DNA of 64,000 nt, taken from positions 62,211 through 126,210 of the forward strand of contig CAMZEA010000001.1 in assembly GCA_947305655.1 (NCBI GenBank), read 5' to 3'. The DNA comes from an uncultured Candidatus Saccharibacteria bacterium (lineage in GTDB: Bacteria; Patescibacteriota; Saccharimonadia; Saccharimonadales; Saccharimonadaceae). The notes under the pieces were generated by a model. That model searched no databases. It saw only the letters and a program-made list of their open reading frames with translations, and was not told the DNA's origin. Positions 62,160-64,000 of this stretch are shown in pieces (the first letter of the stretch is position 1; every line of letters begins with the position of its first letter). A program made the translations under genes and the position numbers.

Positions 62160-62235
62160 TGGAGCCGCAAATCAGACTTGAACTGATGACCTGCCGCTTA
62201 CAAGGCGGCTGCTCTACCAACTGAGCTATTGCGGC
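62160..62235 (-). tRNA. tRNA-Thr (anticodon UGU), CCA encoded
   Basis: Sense GCCGCAA-TA-GCTC-AGTTGGTA-GAGC-A-GCCGC-CT-TGT-AA-GCGGC-AGGTC-ATCAG-TTCAAGT-CTGAT-TTGCGGC-T-CCA. TGTAAAAT -10 upstream. Confidence 0.95.
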
Positions 62236-62276
62236 ATAGGTATATTTTACACTTTTTCTAATATTTTTAAAAGCGG

Positions 62277-63203
62277 CTAGTTATCTTTGACGGAAATTTT
62301 CTTACGCTCGTCGCCACGAATAGATATGGATTTTGTACTGGCAGGTTTTACTTGTGCCTGCGGTCTTACTGGGCGCCGGATAATCATCCTTGGTTTAGCA
62401 ACCGGTCTTGGTCCAGTGGCGACTGGACGGCGAATAATCGTCTGCCTCTGCGTGCGTGTTGCCTGACGGGCAAGCTTCTGTTCGCGGCGCTTCTCGGCAG
62501 CGGCGGCACGGTTCGCAATGCGCGTCTGTTTAGCTTCGAGGCGTTTCTGGCGGTTCTTATTTTTTTCTCTCTCTGCGGCTTCGGCACGGGCGGCTTGCAG
62601 CTCTTCGATGCGTTTGCGAGTCGCTTCTGCGTTTTCTTGATCGCCTGCGTTTTCGTAAATTTCGAGAATATAGCGTAAAACTACTGCAGTTGGGCTAAGG
62701 CTGTAAGCAGTCTCGAGCGCTTCGATTGCTTTCCCGCGTTCGCCTAGTTTTTCGAGTGCTTTTGCGTAAGCAATGTAACGACCAGGCTGGTCGCCTTCCA
62801 TTTCGATGGCCTGGCTAAATGCCATGGCTGCTTGCTCGTATTTTTTCGTTTCAAAATAGATGAGGCCGACGTTGTGAATGCTCGACGCGTTGTTATCTAG
62901 GCTCTGGGCGATCTCGAAACATTCAACTGCCTCTTTGTATTTCTTTTCTTTGGCATAAATAATACCAAGGCGGTTGTAGGCTGCGGCGTTTTTTTCATCG
63001 AAACGCAAAATTGTGAGGAGCGCCTTTTCTGCCTTCATTGGCTTCTGCTCGCGAATAGCACCTTGCGCAAGCCCCCAAAGCTTTTTGATTTGTGGGTTTT
63101 TGCGAATTTCGTCGATCTCTTCTTCCTCGTCTTCTTTGCCGTAATTTGGAATAAAAAAGATGACAAATAGACATAGTAATAGTAGAAGCACTGCGGCTAA
63201 CAT
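62277..63203 (-). CDS. Membrane-anchored TPR-repeat protein with a basic R/K/Q-rich C-terminal tail
   Basis: N-terminal TM and about 4 TPR-like units (e.g. AAYNRLGIIYAKEKKYKEAVECFEIAQ). The tail has two IIRRPV repeats. TGCTATAAT-N7-ATG. Confidence 0.8.
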   Translation of the reverse strand: MLAAVLLLLLCLFVIFFIPNYGKEDEEEEIDEIRKNPQIKKLWGLAQGAIREQKPMKAEKALLTILRFDEKNAAAYNRLGIIYAKEKKYKEAVECFEIAQSLDNNASSIHNVGLIYFETKKYEQAAMAFSQAIEMEGDQPGRYIAYAKALEKLGERGKAIEALETAYSLSPTAVVLRYILEIYENAGDQENAEATRKRIEELQAARAEAAEREKNKNRQKRLEAKQTRIANRAAAAEKRREQKLARQATRTQRQTIIRRPVATGPRPVAKPRMIIRRPVRPQAQVKPASTKSISIRGDERKKISVKDN

Positions 63204-63211
63204 AAGTACTA

Positions 63212-63886
63212 TTATAGCATACCAGCGGTTAACTGGAGCTTCACGTGGCCGTTGGCGGCAAGATTATCTGAGATGGCTAGCAGTTTGTCGAGCTTTTGGA
63301 GGAATTGCGGATTCCCTGTTAGAAAATATGATTTATAAGAGAGTTCAATGGCACATTCGACGACTTTTAATGCGCCTAAGCGTGAAGATTCTTTGTTTAG
63401 CTTCGATATTTTTTCGACTAATTCTGGAAGATTTGTTTTTGTAGCCGATAAGTATTGTTTCGCCAATTTTAATACTTCTTCGTCGTAGTCAGGCGTATCC
63501 GAGATTTTCGTTTCGTTTTTTAGGCTATAATTGTTGGCGCGCGATTTGATGGTCGGCAACAGTTTGCTCGTGTTATTGCATAAGAATACGAAGTGGAGCT
63601 TGTCTTTCGGCTCTTCTAGGGCCTTTAGGAACGCATTGGCGGCGTTTGCGTTCATTGTCTCTGCGCCTTCTACGATAATATAAAAGTCGTGAGCATGCTT
63701 TGCTTCGGCGATAGTCGAGAGTTCGCGAATTTTTGTGATATCTATTGTGTTTTTATCTTCGTCCGGCTTGATATGGATCGATGCTGGGAAAAATTCTGAA
63801 TAATCTGTGCCGAGCGGCAGCTCGAAAATAGAGAAGTTCTTCTTGGCGGCAATGTCGGCGATGTCGCTTAGGCTATTTAACTGCAT
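63212..63886 (-). CDS. holB: DNA polymerase III delta-prime-like subunit (short form, no Walker A region)
   Basis: NAFLKALEEPKDKLHFVFLCNNTSKLLPTIKSRANNY matches the clamp-loader sensor region. Only 224 aa. Confidence 0.75.
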   Translation of the reverse strand: MQLNSLSDIADIAAKKNFSIFELPLGTDYSEFFPASIHIKPDEDKNTIDITKIRELSTIAEAKHAHDFYIIVEGAETMNANAANAFLKALEEPKDKLHFVFLCNNTSKLLPTIKSRANNYSLKNETKISDTPDYDEEVLKLAKQYLSATKTNLPELVEKISKLNKESSRLGALKVVECAIELSYKSYFLTGNPQFLQKLDKLLAISDNLAANGHVKLQLTAGML

Positions 63887-64000
63887 TGCGGAATTCCTCC
63901 GGCAACGGTGCAGTAAAAGTGACGCGTTTGCTCTCCGGAATTGTGATCTCTAGGCTTGCGGCGTGGAGGTACATGCGGTCGGCTTTTGGCGACTTTGGGT
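63873..64000 (-). CDS. Partial CDS (N-terminus beyond window): C-terminus of an RluA-family pseudouridine synthase
   Basis: Own translation ...KSPKADRMYLHAASLEITIPESKRVTFTAPLPEEFRNAVK*, matching the RluA-family 'LHA..L.f.hP......f.aplP' end. TAG at 63873-63875 overlaps the holB start by 14 nt. Confidence 0.65.
   Translation of the reverse strand, partial: PKSPKADRMYLHAASLEITIPESKRVTFTAPLPEEFRNAVK

Noticed and set aside
1-64000. Search for CRISPR arrays, rRNA genes, integrases/transposases, restriction-modification genes or known toxin-antitoxin pairs
   Set aside because: By eye I found no regularly spaced direct repeats and no rRNA-like segments. No ORF carries integrase (R..HxxR..Y), DDE transposase, methyltransferase-endonuclease or classic TA signatures. 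A manual scan of 64 kb cannot fully exclude short or degenerate elements.

Overview
All calls come from reading the sequence and the supplied ORF track; no database search was possible. The window looks like a dense, mostly minus-strand stretch of a small bacterial genome with a Gram-positive-type envelope. The evidence is murT-gatD, sortase-like sorting signals and no outer-membrane genes. The gene content resembles a reduced CPR/Saccharibacteria-type organism, but that is inference only.

I support about 63 protein-coding genes:
- Replication and repair: polA, a UmuC-like Y-family polymerase, a UvrD-type helicase fused to a PD-(D/E)XK nuclease, ung, recR, ybaB, dnaB, dnaX, holB.
- Translation and RNA: hisS, rplJ-rplL, rlmH, prmC, a TrmA/RumA-type methyltransferase, and a partial RluA-type synthase.
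- Metabolism: glyA, tmk, SDR, NUDIX, a GH97-like hydrolase, and a class I aldolase fusion.
- Transport and envelope: three ABC export systems, an aquaporin, an EamA transporter, HlyIII, murT-gatD and CapA.
- RNA genes: five tRNAs, namely Gln-UUG, Ala-UGC, Phe-GAA, Tyr-GUA and Thr-UGU.
- Many intrinsic terminators.

No CRISPR array, rRNA, integrase or transposase was seen.

The most interesting observations are:
1. A two-gene surface-protein locus (52.8-62.1 kb) interleaved with tRNA genes. Its 1963-aa membrane-anchored giant ends in a CX5R tyrosine-phosphatase-like module. Its 1031-aa neighbour carries an internal sortase-B-type sorting signal (NPKTD) followed by a second signal-anchor.
2. A 93-aa protein translationally coupled to the UmuC-like polymerase, with an 86-aa paralog 25 kb away. 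Both are preceded by the same 5'-terminal hairpin: an identical 13-nt core around a UUCG loop, with compensatory changes in the outer stem.
3. A pervasive TGnTATAAT-N6/7-ATG arrangement (at least 18 cases) implying leaderless mRNAs. I used it to re-set many start codons.
4. A cutinase-like secreted hydrolase with an in-frame TGA just after its signal peptide.
5. A promoter-to-terminator structured non-coding unit between polA and the Y-family polymerase.
6. A duplicated tRNA-Gln 3' end (att-like scar) bordering an islet of individually transcribed orphan genes.
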